A DNA stretch of 64,000 nucleotides. Source: Candidatus Jorgensenbacteria bacterium GW2011_GWB1_50_10 (GTDB lineage: Bacteria; Patescibacteriota; Minisyncoccia; UBA6257; GWB1-50-10). The notes beneath the pieces are model-generated. The model worked only from the letters and a program-made list of their open reading frames with translations. It searched no databases and was not told the DNA's origin. Positions 32,121 to 40,671 of the stretch are shown piece after piece. Where the stretch lies: NCBI GenBank assembly GCA_001004105.1, contig LCQK01000001.1:102928-166927 (forward strand), written 5' to 3'. Each line of letters begins with the position of its first letter. The first letter of the stretch is position 1. A program made the translations under genes and the position numbers.

Positions 32121-32693
32121 ATGCATAATTTTGTACCCGCCAAGGTCTTTTTTACGAAAGGAGTTGGCCGCCACAAGGAAGAGCTTGGTTCTTTTGAGAT
32201 GGCGCTTCGTGACGCGGGGATTGAGAAGTTTAACCTCGTTCGAGTTTCGTCTATTTTTCCTCCGAACTGCAAGATTATTTCGCGGGAGAAGGGGCTCCAG
32301 CTTCTTAATCCCGGGGAGGTCGTGTTTTGCGTAATGTACGATTTGCGGGCGAACGAGCCGAACCGCTTAATGGCGGCCTCCGTAGGGCTTGCGGTGCCGG
32401 CGGATCCCAACCAATACGGCTATCTTTCCGAGCATAAATCTTTCGGTGAAACGGAAGAGAGAGCCGGCGAATACGCCGAGGATCTGGCGGCGAGCATGCT
32501 CGCCACGACGCTCGGGCTTGAGTTTAACGCCGATGCCGCCTGGGATGAACGCGAGCATATTTACAAAACGAGCGGGAAGATAATAAAAACGACGAACATC
32601 ACGCAATCGGCAGTAGGGAATAAAGATGGTCTTTGGACGACGGTTCTCGCCGCCGCAGTTTTCGTTTCTGATGGGAACGGTGCAGAGGTTTGA
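32121..32693 (+). CDS. pdaD: Pyruvoyl-dependent arginine decarboxylase
   Basis: [20 protein letters not shown] self-cleavage motif, GYLSEH. Confidence 0.9.
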   Translation: MHNFVPAKVFFTKGVGRHKEELGSFEMALRDAGIEKFNLVRVSSIFPPNCKIISREKGLQLLNPGEVVFCVMYDLRANEPNRLMAASVGLAVPADPNQYGYLSEHKSFGETEERAGEYAEDLAASMLATTLGLEFNADAAWDEREHIYKTSGKIIKTTNITQSAVGNKDGLWTTVLAAAVFVSDGNGAEV

Positions 32694-33013
32694 TGATAAG
32701 CTTTGAAGATTTCAAAAAATTGGATTTACGGGTGGCGAAAATCGTCGCCGCGGAAAGGGTGGAGGCGACGGACAAGCTTCTGAAGCTTCACCTTGATATT
32801 GGCGGTGAGGAGCGGCAAATTATCTCTGGTATTGCCGAGGAATATTCTCCCGAAGGACTAATCGGCCGGGAAATCGTGATTATCGCCAATCTCGAACCGC
32901 GGAACTTCAAGGGAATTGAAAGCCAGGGGATGCTTCTTGCCGCCGAGTCGGATGGCGTGATATCGCTTTTGAAGCTGGATGAGGAAGTCCCGCCCGGCAG
33001 CCCGGTTCACTAA
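32693..33013 (+). CDS. tRNA-binding OB-fold protein (MetRS C-terminal / Trbp111-like)
   Basis: DFKKLDLRV, DKLL, RQIISGI, NLEPR, SQGMLLA. Confidence 0.9.
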   Translation: MISFEDFKKLDLRVAKIVAAERVEATDKLLKLHLDIGGEERQIISGIAEEYSPEGLIGREIVIIANLEPRNFKGIESQGMLLAAESDGVISLLKLDEEVPPGSPVH

Positions 33014-33113
33014 AATTTCTCTGGAAAATTTCTCTGGTTTTGTTGTGTCTTCAAAATCCGTCCATATGGACGGATTTTGAAGACGTTTTGTTTTGCCGCT
33101 TTTTAGTGATAAG

Positions 33114-33785
33114 ATGAAAGCAATGGACGGCATCTTTGCGGTTTACAAACCCAAAGGGATGACTTCGCACGACGTAGTGGATAGAGTCAGACGGATCACC
33201 GGAGAGCGGAGCGTGGGACACGCCGGGACGCTTGACCCCTTGGCCGAAGGCGTTTTGGTTTTAGGTATCGGGGACGCGACCAAAGATTTGCAGAAAGTCG
33301 TAGAGAAAGATAAGGAATATTTCGTCCGGATAAAACTGGGCGAAGAGAGTACGACCGACGACGCCGAAGGCGAGAAGAGAATGGTCTTTGCGAGGGAGAT
33401 TCCGACGAGCGACAAAATAGCGGCTCTTGTTGAAAAATTCAAAGGCAAAATTAAGCAGACGCCGCCCCTGTACAGCGCCGTGAAAGTTGAGGGCAAAGAA
33501 TCCTACAAATGGGCGCGGCGAGGCGAACCGAAAGAGTTGAAACCCCGCGAAGTGGAGATTAAAGATATAGAAGTAATAATGTATGACTGGCCGAACTTGT
33601 CTCTTAAAGTCGTGACTGGCCCCGGCTTCTACGTCCGTTCTTTGGCCCGCGACATCGGCAAGGAACTCAAAACCGGCGGCTATGTTCAGGAACTGTTCCG
33701 GACGCGAGTGGGCGTTTACACTGACAAGGAAGCGATTAGATTGGAAGAATTCCCGGAGTTTTGGAAATCAAGAACGTTGAGTTAA
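33114..33785 (+). CDS. truB: tRNA pseudouridine(55) synthase
   Basis: KPKGMTSHD, GHAGTLDP, PPLYSA. Confidence 0.93.
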   Translation: MKAMDGIFAVYKPKGMTSHDVVDRVRRITGERSVGHAGTLDPLAEGVLVLGIGDATKDLQKVVEKDKEYFVRIKLGEESTTDDAEGEKRMVFAREIPTSDKIAALVEKFKGKIKQTPPLYSAVKVEGKESYKWARRGEPKELKPREVEIKDIEVIMYDWPNLSLKVVTGPGFYVRSLARDIGKELKTGGYVQELFRTRVGVYTDKEAIRLEEFPEFWKSRTLS

Positions 33786-33881
33786 AATCACTTACTCGCT
33801 TTCCATTCCCGTGAGATTCCGGTAAGTTGCGCGACTCCCCGTATTTTATTAATATACTCTCCAGAACATCCGGGAGGATTA

Positions 33882-34085
33882 ATGTTTGAAAGCCATGACT
33901 GGCGGTCCAAACCGGGGCTCTTCAGAGAAGGCAGTGACGAGTTTTTCGAGCTGGTTTTGAGCACGGGCGTGCAAATTGAGCTCTTACCCACCGAACCCTC
34001 GTCAGGCATCTTCCAGCACCGCTTCTGCGCGAATCATCCGGGCGAAGAAGTGTTGGAGGAATTGTCTCTCGCCGTCTTTGACTGA
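33882..34085 (+). CDS. Small hypothetical cassette protein
   Basis: GGGAGG SD; followed by terminator gctccgtcatctcg/cgagatgacggagc. Confidence 0.6.
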   Translation: MFESHDWRSKPGLFREGSDEFFELVLSTGVQIELLPTEPSSGIFQHRFCANHPGEEVLEELSLAVFD

Positions 34086-34174
34086 ACCCGGGCAGTGCTC
34101 CGTCATCTCGCACGAGATGACGGAGCGTTTTTCTTATGGTATAAATTTTTAAGCGCCTGCCCGCTGGCAGGCAG

Positions 34175-34248
34175 GGGCCTGTAGTATAGTGGTAATACAC
34201 CGCATTCGCATTGCGGAGACAGGGATTCGATTTCCCTCAGGTCCACCA
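34175..34248 (+). tRNA. tRNA-Ala(CGC)
   Basis: G3:U70 pair, loop TTCGCAT, encoded CCA. Confidence 0.92.
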
Positions 34249-34348
34249 CGTAATTTCGTTTGATTTTTGAAGCCGCTTAATCTACCTTGAAAGGCAGCAC
34301 CATTGCCTATTTTGGGCTATCCCACATCTAAATTAAGGAGAGTGAAAC

Positions 34349-35053
34349 ATGGAGAGCAGGATAATTCTCGCTGCCGACATGAGTCTTGGTGAGTGCCTGG
34401 ACTTGACCCATGCGATCGGAGAGAGGGTCTACGCGGTCAAGGTTCACGACGCCTATGACTCGAACGGCCCGACCGCGGTCAAGATGCTCCGCGAAGCCGG
34501 GGCCATGCGGGTTTGGGTGGACGCGAAGCTTCATGACATTCCGAACACGGTGAAGCGCCGTGCCAATGCGATCGCCGATTCCGGCGCCCAGATTCTCACG
34601 GTTCACGCCTCGGGTGGAATCGAGATGATGCAAGCGGCGGTCGGCGAGTTTCCTTTCGAGGTCTACGCAATCACGGTTCTCACCTCACTCACTGAAGAGG
34701 AGGTGCATCTCGCTTACGGCCAGCCATCCAAGGCGGCCGTACTCTACCTCGCGCGGCTTGCCAAGCTCGCAGGAGTTGCCGGCATCGTCTGTTCCCCGAA
34801 GGAGGTCGGTATTCTCGCCAAGCGGCCGGAACTGAAAGGCATGAAGTTCGTGGTTCCAGGCATCCGGTCGGCCGGCAAGGATAAAGGAGACCAGGAACGG
34901 GTGGATACACCGGCGGCGGCCTTGAAAGACGGCGCCGACTATCTCGTCGTCGGCCGCCAGATCACGCAGGCCTCCGACCCGGTGGCCGCACTCATTGAGC
35001 TCGAGGCGGAGATTTCCGCGGCTCTCGCTTCAATCGAAGGAGCGAAGTCATGA
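34349..35053 (+). CDS. pyrF: Orotidine-5'-phosphate decarboxylase
   Basis: DAKLHDIPNTV, TVHASGG, VPGIR, VVGRQI. Confidence 0.93.
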   Translation: MESRIILAADMSLGECLDLTHAIGERVYAVKVHDAYDSNGPTAVKMLREAGAMRVWVDAKLHDIPNTVKRRANAIADSGAQILTVHASGGIEMMQAAVGEFPFEVYAITVLTSLTEEEVHLAYGQPSKAAVLYLARLAKLAGVAGIVCSPKEVGILAKRPELKGMKFVVPGIRSAGKDKGDQERVDTPAAALKDGADYLVVGRQITQASDPVAALIELEAEISAALASIEGAKS

Positions 35054-35784
35054 AAAGAAGACCCAACAACGGGAGAATTAATTCTCTCGAAGTATCCGGA
35101 ATGCCGCTCGCCGGGCTTCGCGGACTCCTCGCCGAAGATTTCAACGGCGACATCTCGCCAGCCGCTCTCCGGCACATTCTCACGATCTGCGACGCGCTCT
35201 GGCTCCATTCGGGCGACCCGGCTTTGCCGCACGCCGAGCTCACCTCGGGTAAGTGCAGTAACGGGTTCGTGGATGTGCTCCGCGTTCTTCAGTATCCGAA
35301 TCTCTGCGAGCTTCTGGCGTGTCAGCTTGTCATGAAGCTCGAGGCGACCTACCGCGGGCCTATTCACTGGGCGGTTGGTTCGGACCACGCCGGCGCGACC
35401 ATTTCCTACGCCGTCGCGAACTGGCTTCTCGCAAAGCACGCTTTCACGGAGAAGGGGCTGGACAAGACCCAACTCTGGAAGCGGTTCGTGATTGAGCCGG
35501 AGGAGGTCGTTCTTCAGGTGGAAGACCTCGTGACCACGCTCGGTACGCTCCGGGCGGTGCGGGAAGGCATCCGGCAGGGGAATCCGCATCCGGTCACGTT
35601 CGCTCCCGTCGTTCTCACGCTCGTCCATCGTTCGGACGTCTACGAGTTCGAGGGCGCGCCCATCGTCTACCTCGCGCACTACGACATCCAAACATGGTCG
35701 CCCGAGGAATGCCCTCTTTGCAAGGCCGGCTCCGTTCGGCTCCGGCCCAAGGAGAACTGGGCCAAACTCACGGGACAGGAGTAG
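35050..35784 (+). CDS. pyrE: Orotate phosphoribosyltransferase-like protein
   Basis: HAELTSGK, PRPP motif VEDLVTTLGT, C-terminal CPLC; coupled to pyrF. Confidence 0.8.
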   Translation: MKRRPNNGRINSLEVSGMPLAGLRGLLAEDFNGDISPAALRHILTICDALWLHSGDPALPHAELTSGKCSNGFVDVLRVLQYPNLCELLACQLVMKLEATYRGPIHWAVGSDHAGATISYAVANWLLAKHAFTEKGLDKTQLWKRFVIEPEEVVLQVEDLVTTLGTLRAVREGIRQGNPHPVTFAPVVLTLVHRSDVYEFEGAPIVYLAHYDIQTWSPEECPLCKAGSVRLRPKENWAKLTGQE

Positions 35785-35792
35785 TTCTGTCT

Positions 35793-35843
35793 CAAGCAAA
35801 AAGCAAGCGGCACCAGAAAATCGGTGCCGCTTTCGCTTTTTCT
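35793..35843. terminator. Bidirectional terminator hairpin (copy A)
   Basis: aagcggcacc-agaaaatc-ggtgccgctt with A-rich and T-rich flanks. Confidence 0.7.
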
Positions 35844-35853
35844 TCATCGCTCG

Positions 35854-36135
35854 TCACTCCTCTTTCCCTGTGTTCGGAATGGCCGGGCCGCAGCCGCCGG
35901 GATGCCGGTCATAGTAGGCGCGGCAGTTTTTCAAGAACAATTCCCGCGTCATAGTGATGGTGCCCGCGTTTAGCGATTCCGGCAGGAGCCGGTAGAGCTC
36001 CGAATCCAAAATCCAGCACCGGTCGTTGTTGTGCGCGTTCCGGTGGCGCCGGATGGCGTTGCGGAGCCGCATCACCTCCCTCCGCAGTTCCGGAGCCACC
36101 ATCGGCTTCAGATCCCTATCCTGCAGTCGCATCAT
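35854..36135 (-). CDS. Hypothetical protein
   Basis: AAGGAG SD on minus strand; HR......CW..D..LY..LPE motif. Confidence 0.7.
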   Translation of the reverse strand: MMRLQDRDLKPMVAPELRREVMRLRNAIRRHRNAHNNDRCWILDSELYRLLPESLNAGTITMTRELFLKNCRAYYDRHPGGCGPAIPNTGKEE

Positions 36136-36241
36136 AAATTCTCCTTGAAGGTCCGATTTCCAAACTACCGCAAGTTGTTTGCCTTTTCAAGGACAGGTTG
36201 GTATAGTCCGAGGCGGAAACCTTAACAAGGAGGGTGCGAAT

Positions 36242-36688
36242 ATGACCTGGAAACAGAGAGCAGCGATGATTTCGATCATCATCGCCGGAATCTTCGCCTT
36301 GGTCGCCTTGGTTCGGTTCGTGCCCGACGGCAGCGCTTCGGACGCGAATCCGCCGGGGAAAGCCGAGCCGAGGAACACCTGGGTACTCGCCATAGTGGCT
36401 GAATACCAATCGCGAGTGTCCATTGAAGATGATTACGTCGACGTGGACGTCGTCTGGGAGATCGCCGAAGGTCCCGATACCAGGCGGCTCATGTTCGGTA
36501 CGATCAATCGCCTCCGGGTGGCGAAGAGCAACCCGCGCCTCAAGGAGCTCGTGCCGGGTGCGGCAGTTTTCATCCCCATGTCAGTGGACAAACTCACCTA
36601 CGATAGCGAAAAGTACACGAGTTACACGAGGGACTACAACAGCGAGCCGCTCACCGAGTTCCGGCTCTACCGGGAGTATCACCGGTAG
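36242..36688 (+). CDS. Hypothetical membrane-anchored protein
   Basis: Promoter TTGCCT-17-TATAGT, AAGGAGG SD, N-terminal TM. Confidence 0.7.
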   Translation: MTWKQRAAMISIIIAGIFALVALVRFVPDGSASDANPPGKAEPRNTWVLAIVAEYQSRVSIEDDYVDVDVVWEIAEGPDTRRLMFGTINRLRVAKSNPRLKELVPGAAVFIPMSVDKLTYDSEKYTSYTRDYNSEPLTEFRLYREYHR

Positions 36689-36714
36689 GACGCTCTAGAG
36701 CGAGCGACACAGCA

Positions 36715-36765
36715 CAAGCAAAAAGCAAGCGGCACCGATTTTCTGGTGCCGCTTTGTGCTTTTAT
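36715..36765 (+). terminator. Terminator hairpin (copy B)
   Basis: aagcggcacc-gattttct-ggtgccgctt. Confidence 0.7.
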
Positions 36766-36825
36766 TTGCCTTTTCAAAAATTGGTTGGTATAGTCCGGGG
36801 TGGAACCTCTCACCAAGGAGAAGTT

Positions 36826-37158
36826 ATGAAAGCCGTTGCAACGGCCAAACCGCAGGCCTACACCCCACGCTTTCCGGAGATGTACAAGTTTCTCTTCGAG
36901 GTATACTCCAGGGCGATGAAGCCGGGAGCGAAGGACGCGGAGGTGTGGTGTGAGAGAGCGAAGACGCTTTTCTTGACCTTGAGCACGCTCAAGGAAGAAG
37001 GTGTTCTTCCGATTTCTTTCACCCAGACTTTCTGGGAAGATGTGCAAGCCGTGATGAAGACGGTGCACGGCCGAGTGAAGCCGGTCGAGCTCACGGAGAC
37101 CCAGTCCTATCTCACCTTCGGCATCTCCAACCTCCGCCGCGATTTCGGCGGCGACTGA
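36826..37158 (+). CDS. Hypothetical protein
   Basis: Promoter TTGCCT-17-TATAGT, AAGGAG SD. Confidence 0.7.
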   Translation: MKAVATAKPQAYTPRFPEMYKFLFEVYSRAMKPGAKDAEVWCERAKTLFLTLSTLKEEGVLPISFTQTFWEDVQAVMKTVHGRVKPVELTETQSYLTFGISNLRRDFGGD

Positions 37159-37209
37159 ACAACAACCGAGCAACTCATCAGGGTAAGCAAAAATTTGGGA
37201 GGCAAACGT

Positions 37210-37371
37210 ATGGCCCCGTCCCAGCAAACCAAAACCCTTACCTTGGATGAGGTAAGGGCGCAGGTGGAAGAGTGGGAGGAAATAGCCAGGAACTACGAGA
37301 ACGTCCCTGACAGCCTCGCAAGGAATCTCAAGGAAGCGTGTGCGGTAATACGAGCTTTCCTTAGAAGATAA
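37210..37371 (+). CDS. Small hypothetical protein (53 aa, not in ORF track)
   Basis: GGGAGG SD; MAPSQQTKTLTLDEVRAQVEEWEE...; followed by hairpin gggcaagcgc/gcgcttgccc. Confidence 0.55.
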   Translation: MAPSQQTKTLTLDEVRAQVEEWEEIARNYENVPDSLARNLKEACAVIRAFLRR

Positions 37372-37429
37372 ACTTGAGCAACCAGCAACGGGGCAAGCGC
37401 GTGCGCTTGCCCTGAAGTATTTTATAAAA

Positions 37430-37458
37430 TTGATCATTTTGAAAATTTGAGGCAGAAT
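37430..37458 (+). repeat. Duplicated promoter-like junction, copy 1 (others at 37809, 38288, 40637)
   Basis: TTGATC-attttgaaaatttgagg-CAGAAT. Confidence 0.8.
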
Positions 37459-37462
37459 ACTA

Positions 37463-37807
37463 TTGACGCAAGCCAGCGCAGTTGACCGAGAGTGTGCAGA
37501 CGCGTATGCGCCCTCTCCTCTGAGCGCCGAGACGGGTGGGTATAAGTGTCCGGCTAAGCCCGTAAAAAAGCTGGCAACAAAGAAACCTTGAAAGCCGCGG
37601 CTTGGGGAAGTGCAAGTATATCGCGCCCCTTGAAGGACGGCTATCAAACCAAATAGCCGCTCTTGGATAAAATGACTTTGTTCGGGTGGCTGGAGCCTGA
37701 ACTCTGCCGTACTCCCCGCGGTGAGTATTGGACAGCTATCGGTTCTCTCTGAGAACCGTGCATCTTGGGCCCGATGAGACGTTACGTCAAACGGGCCCAG
37801 TTTTTTT
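37463..37807 (+). ncRNA. Candidate structured ncRNA of unknown family
   Basis: Own promoter, several hairpins and a possible pseudoknot, terminator tgggcccg/cgggccca plus T7; no credible ORF. Confidence 0.55.
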
Positions 37808-37853
37808 ATTGTCCATTTTGAAAATTTGAGGCAGCAGAACAAAATTGGTTATT

Positions 37854-37878
37854 GGAACAATTCGCGCGAATTGGCGAA
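37854..37878. repeat. 25-bp direct repeat with palindromic core (second copy 38237-38261)
   Basis: ggaacaattcgcgcgaattggcgaa flanks the ArsR gene on both sides. Confidence 0.85.
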
Positions 37879-37902
37879 AGATGGTATAATGAGTTCAAGA
37901 AT

Positions 37903-38166
37903 ATGAAACGGTGGACGATTGTTTTTAAGGCGTTATCTAATGTCAATCGGCTCAAAATCATAAGACTTTTGTCAAAAGGCGGCGCTTTGAATGTCGGCGG
38001 CATTGCCGAGGAACTCAATATTTCGCCGAAAGCCACCTCCAAGCATTTGATAATTCTTCATAACTTGGACGTTCTGGAAAGCGTAGGGAAAGAAGGTCAC
38101 GTTTTGTATTCGCTGAACACGAAAATGCCGCGGGATTTTCGCAGAGTTTTGGGGAACTTTAATTAA
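37903..38166 (+). CDS. ArsR/SmtB-family regulator
   Basis: FKALSNVNRLKIIRLL, SKHL. Confidence 0.85.
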   Translation: MKRWTIVFKALSNVNRLKIIRLLSKGGALNVGGIAEELNISPKATSKHLIILHNLDVLESVGKEGHVLYSLNTKMPRDFRRVLGNFN

Positions 38167-38330
38167 GCAGTTTGCCCGGGGCGCGCTCCTTATCCTATCC
38201 TAACCTTGTCTTACCTTTCTTACTCTAAGGCCTTAGGGAACAATTCGCGCGAATTGGCGAATGGTTGGTGAATGGGGAAGGGGCAAATTGTCCGTTTCTC
38301 GAAAATGAGGCAGAATGAGGGGATAAATTA

Positions 38331-38365
38331 GTTATCGTATGATAACCATTGACAAATTGGTTATC
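38331..38365. promoter_or_regulatory. Palindromic operator(s) over the HTH-doc promoter
   Basis: gttatc-gtat-gataac and gataacca...tggttatc bracket TTGACA (38349). Confidence 0.6.
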
Positions 38366-38384
38366 AGTTATATTCTTTGTATAT

Positions 38385-38639
38385 ATGGATAAAAAACTCT
38401 TGTCGACGAGTGAAGCCGCAAAAATTTTAGGTATCAGCCGGGTAGCGGTATTGAAGAGAATTAAAAAGAATCAGCTTAAAGCCAGGAAGGTTGGGAAGAA
38501 TTATGTCATTGCTAAAGAAGATCTGCCGATTGAGGCAGGGGGTGAAATCACCGAAATTAAGAAAAAACTAATTGATGCAGCCATAAAAAAAGCATTAACC
38601 GACTATCGGGAAACTCTGGAATTGTTGGGGAAAGAATAA
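38385..38639 (+). CDS. Excisionase-like HTH protein, putative antitoxin
   Basis: LSTSEAAKILGISR..V..RIK..QLKA.KVG..Y.I. Confidence 0.8.
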   Translation: MDKKLLSTSEAAKILGISRVAVLKRIKKNQLKARKVGKNYVIAKEDLPIEAGGEITEIKKKLIDAAIKKALTDYRETLELLGKE

Positions 38640-38650
38640 ATTGATCGTTT

Positions 38651-39067
38651 ATGCAGCAGCTTTCAATAACAGAGGTTGAGTATGTTGCTCATCGTTTGGC
38701 AAAAGCATGGTTAAGCTGGGATGAGCCGATTCCCGATTTCGACACAAGATTCCCAAACATTTTAGAAAGCTGTATTGCCACCCCATTCCAATCGTTTGGC
38801 AAAAAAGCGGCCTACTCCGGCCTTATCGGCAAGGGGGCGATTTTGTTTTACTTGATGATTAAAAATCATCCTTTCCGTAACGGGAATAAAAGGATCGCCG
38901 TGACTACTCTTCTGGTTTTTCTGTATAAAAACAAAAAATGGCTCCGTGTTGATGAACGCGAATTTTACAATTTTGCCAAGTGGGTCGCGGAGAGCAGCCC
39001 CAAGTTTAGGATTGAAACTATTGCCGCCATTTCAAAATTCATAAAGACGTATATGATAAAAATATGA
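38651..39067 (+). CDS. Doc/Fic-family toxin
   Basis: HPFRNGNKRIA motif. Confidence 0.88.
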   Translation: MQQLSITEVEYVAHRLAKAWLSWDEPIPDFDTRFPNILESCIATPFQSFGKKAAYSGLIGKGAILFYLMIKNHPFRNGNKRIAVTTLLVFLYKNKKWLRVDEREFYNFAKWVAESSPKFRIETIAAISKFIKTYMIKI

Positions 39068-39090
39068 AAATAAAATATTTGTTTGTCCAA

Positions 39091-39122
39091 AAAGGCCGGA
39101 AGTTGATAGTAAAGGATTGGAG
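39091..39122 (+). repeat. 32-bp direct repeat (second copy 40564-40595)
   Basis: aaaggccggaagttgatagtaaaggattggag. Confidence 0.9.
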
Positions 39123-39200
39123 AAGGTAGGCTAAGGTTATTAAGGTAAATCCTTGACTTTTTTGATACGATTTGCTAAATTAGCATAAAATACTAACTTT

Positions 39201-39788
39201 ATGAAATGGATAGATTTTGAGCGAAAAATAAAAGCAAAGAACATCAAGCTTTTTACCCCCCTCGACGTGCAAAAATTTTTAGGGAGAACGAAAATAGCCA
39301 CGCGTTTTTTAATCCACCGTTTGAAAAAGAACGGGTATATTGTGAGCGTAAAACGCGGCTTGTATCAATTGTCCGATGAACAAATCCCCGATGTATATGT
39401 CGCTAACAGGATTTACGCCCCCTCATATGTATCTTTGGAATTCGCGCTGTCATACTACGGCGTTATTCCCGAGACGGTGTATGAAATTACCTCGGTGACG
39501 ACAAAAACCACCCGTCGGTTCGAAACGCTTGGCAAGATTTTTTCTTATCACAAGATAAAAAAGACGGCCTACACCGGCTACGCCATTCACAGTCAGAACG
39601 GGATGCGTTTCTATATCGCCGATGCCGAAAAAGCGTTCGTTGATGCAAGCTACTTGCGCCTGATGCGGAAACAAAAGCCGATTTCCCGTTTTCGCAAAGA
39701 AAAAATCAATCGCGCCAAGTCGTTAAAATACGCTTCGCTCTTCAATAATGAAAAACTTACCAGCATCATTAAAACAACGCTCCAATGA
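39201..39788 (+). CDS. AbiEi-like type IV antitoxin
   Basis: N-terminal wHTH with KRGLY, YVSLEFALSYYGVIPE, AEKAFVD. Confidence 0.85.
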   Translation: MKWIDFERKIKAKNIKLFTPLDVQKFLGRTKIATRFLIHRLKKNGYIVSVKRGLYQLSDEQIPDVYVANRIYAPSYVSLEFALSYYGVIPETVYEITSVTTKTTRRFETLGKIFSYHKIKKTAYTGYAIHSQNGMRFYIADAEKAFVDASYLRLMRKQKPISRFRKEKINRAKSLKYASLFNNEKLTSIIKTTLQ

Positions 39789-40546
39789 TTTCGGTGGAAT
39801 CGCTTGAAAAATTGAGCAGGCGGTATCAAGCAGGAATATTTCCCAATATAATCAGGGAATATTTTCAGCATGTTTTTCTGGGAGAGTTGTATAAGATGGA
39901 AGGCGCGGAGAAAATGCTCTTTAAAGGAGGCACCGCCTTGCGGATTGTGTATGGCAGTCCGCGTTTTTCCGAGGACTTGGATTTTTCCTTGTTCGGTGTC
40001 GCGCAGAACGAGCTGAAATCTTTCATTGAAGGGGTTTTTGCGCGGGTTCTGGCGGAGATAGAGCACGTCGGCATAAAAGTCGAACTTGGAGAAAAAATCG
40101 GCCCTACGCGCGGGGGATATTTCGGCGTCGCGACATTCCGCATGCTTGAATATCCGCCAGTTGCCGTGGAGATAAACGTGTCGGCGCGCAACGGCAGGGA
40201 CATGCGGGGAGAAATAGACAGCGTCGCGGGCGATTTTGTGCCGACTTACACCGTCGTTCACTTGCCGCAGAACGAGCTTGTGGAAGAAAAAATTTTCAGC
40301 GCGCTCCGCGAGCGCAAGAAACCGCGCGATTTCTACGATCTTTATTTCATCATGCGCAAAGCGATGCTCTCGCCTGATCAGAAAAAACGGCTGGCCGGAA
40401 TAAAGGAAGAAATAACCGCAGCCGCGGGACGCGTTGATTTTCGCGGCGAGTTGGGCGCCCTCCTGCCGGTGGACCAGCAGCCGGTTATCCGCGATTTCCC
40501 GGCCATGCTTGAACGCGAGCTTAATAGGCAGTTAAGTGGAATATGA
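39785..40546 (+). CDS. AbiEii-family nucleotidyltransferase toxin
   Basis: FKGGTAL, RFSEDLDF, EKI, RDFYD. Confidence 0.9.
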   Translation: MISVESLEKLSRRYQAGIFPNIIREYFQHVFLGELYKMEGAEKMLFKGGTALRIVYGSPRFSEDLDFSLFGVAQNELKSFIEGVFARVLAEIEHVGIKVELGEKIGPTRGGYFGVATFRMLEYPPVAVEINVSARNGRDMRGEIDSVAGDFVPTYTVVHLPQNELVEEKIFSALRERKKPRDFYDLYFIMRKAMLSPDQKKRLAGIKEEITAAAGRVDFRGELGALLPVDQQPVIRDFPAMLERELNRQLSGI

Positions 40547-40671
40547 AAACAAGAGATCTGCCGAAAGGCCGGAAGTTGATAGTAAAGGATTGGAGGAATT
40601 AGAAAACCGCCGAAAAGGCGGTTTTCTAATTGTAAATTGAGCATTTTGAAAATTTGAGGCAGAATGAGGGT

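Noticed and set aside
32121-32693. Agmatine supply for agmatidine modification of the CAU tRNA
   Set aside because: No TiaS in the window and the genes are not linked; purely speculative.
37463-37807. Confident tmRNA or RNase P call
   Set aside because: No tRNA-like domain or CCA, the tag frame does not stop after AAA, and there is no GAGGAAAGTCC motif.
36679-37842. 387-aa minus-strand ORF
   Set aside because: Antisense to SD-led genes and the ncRNA candidate, crosses terminators, and has no protein-like motifs.
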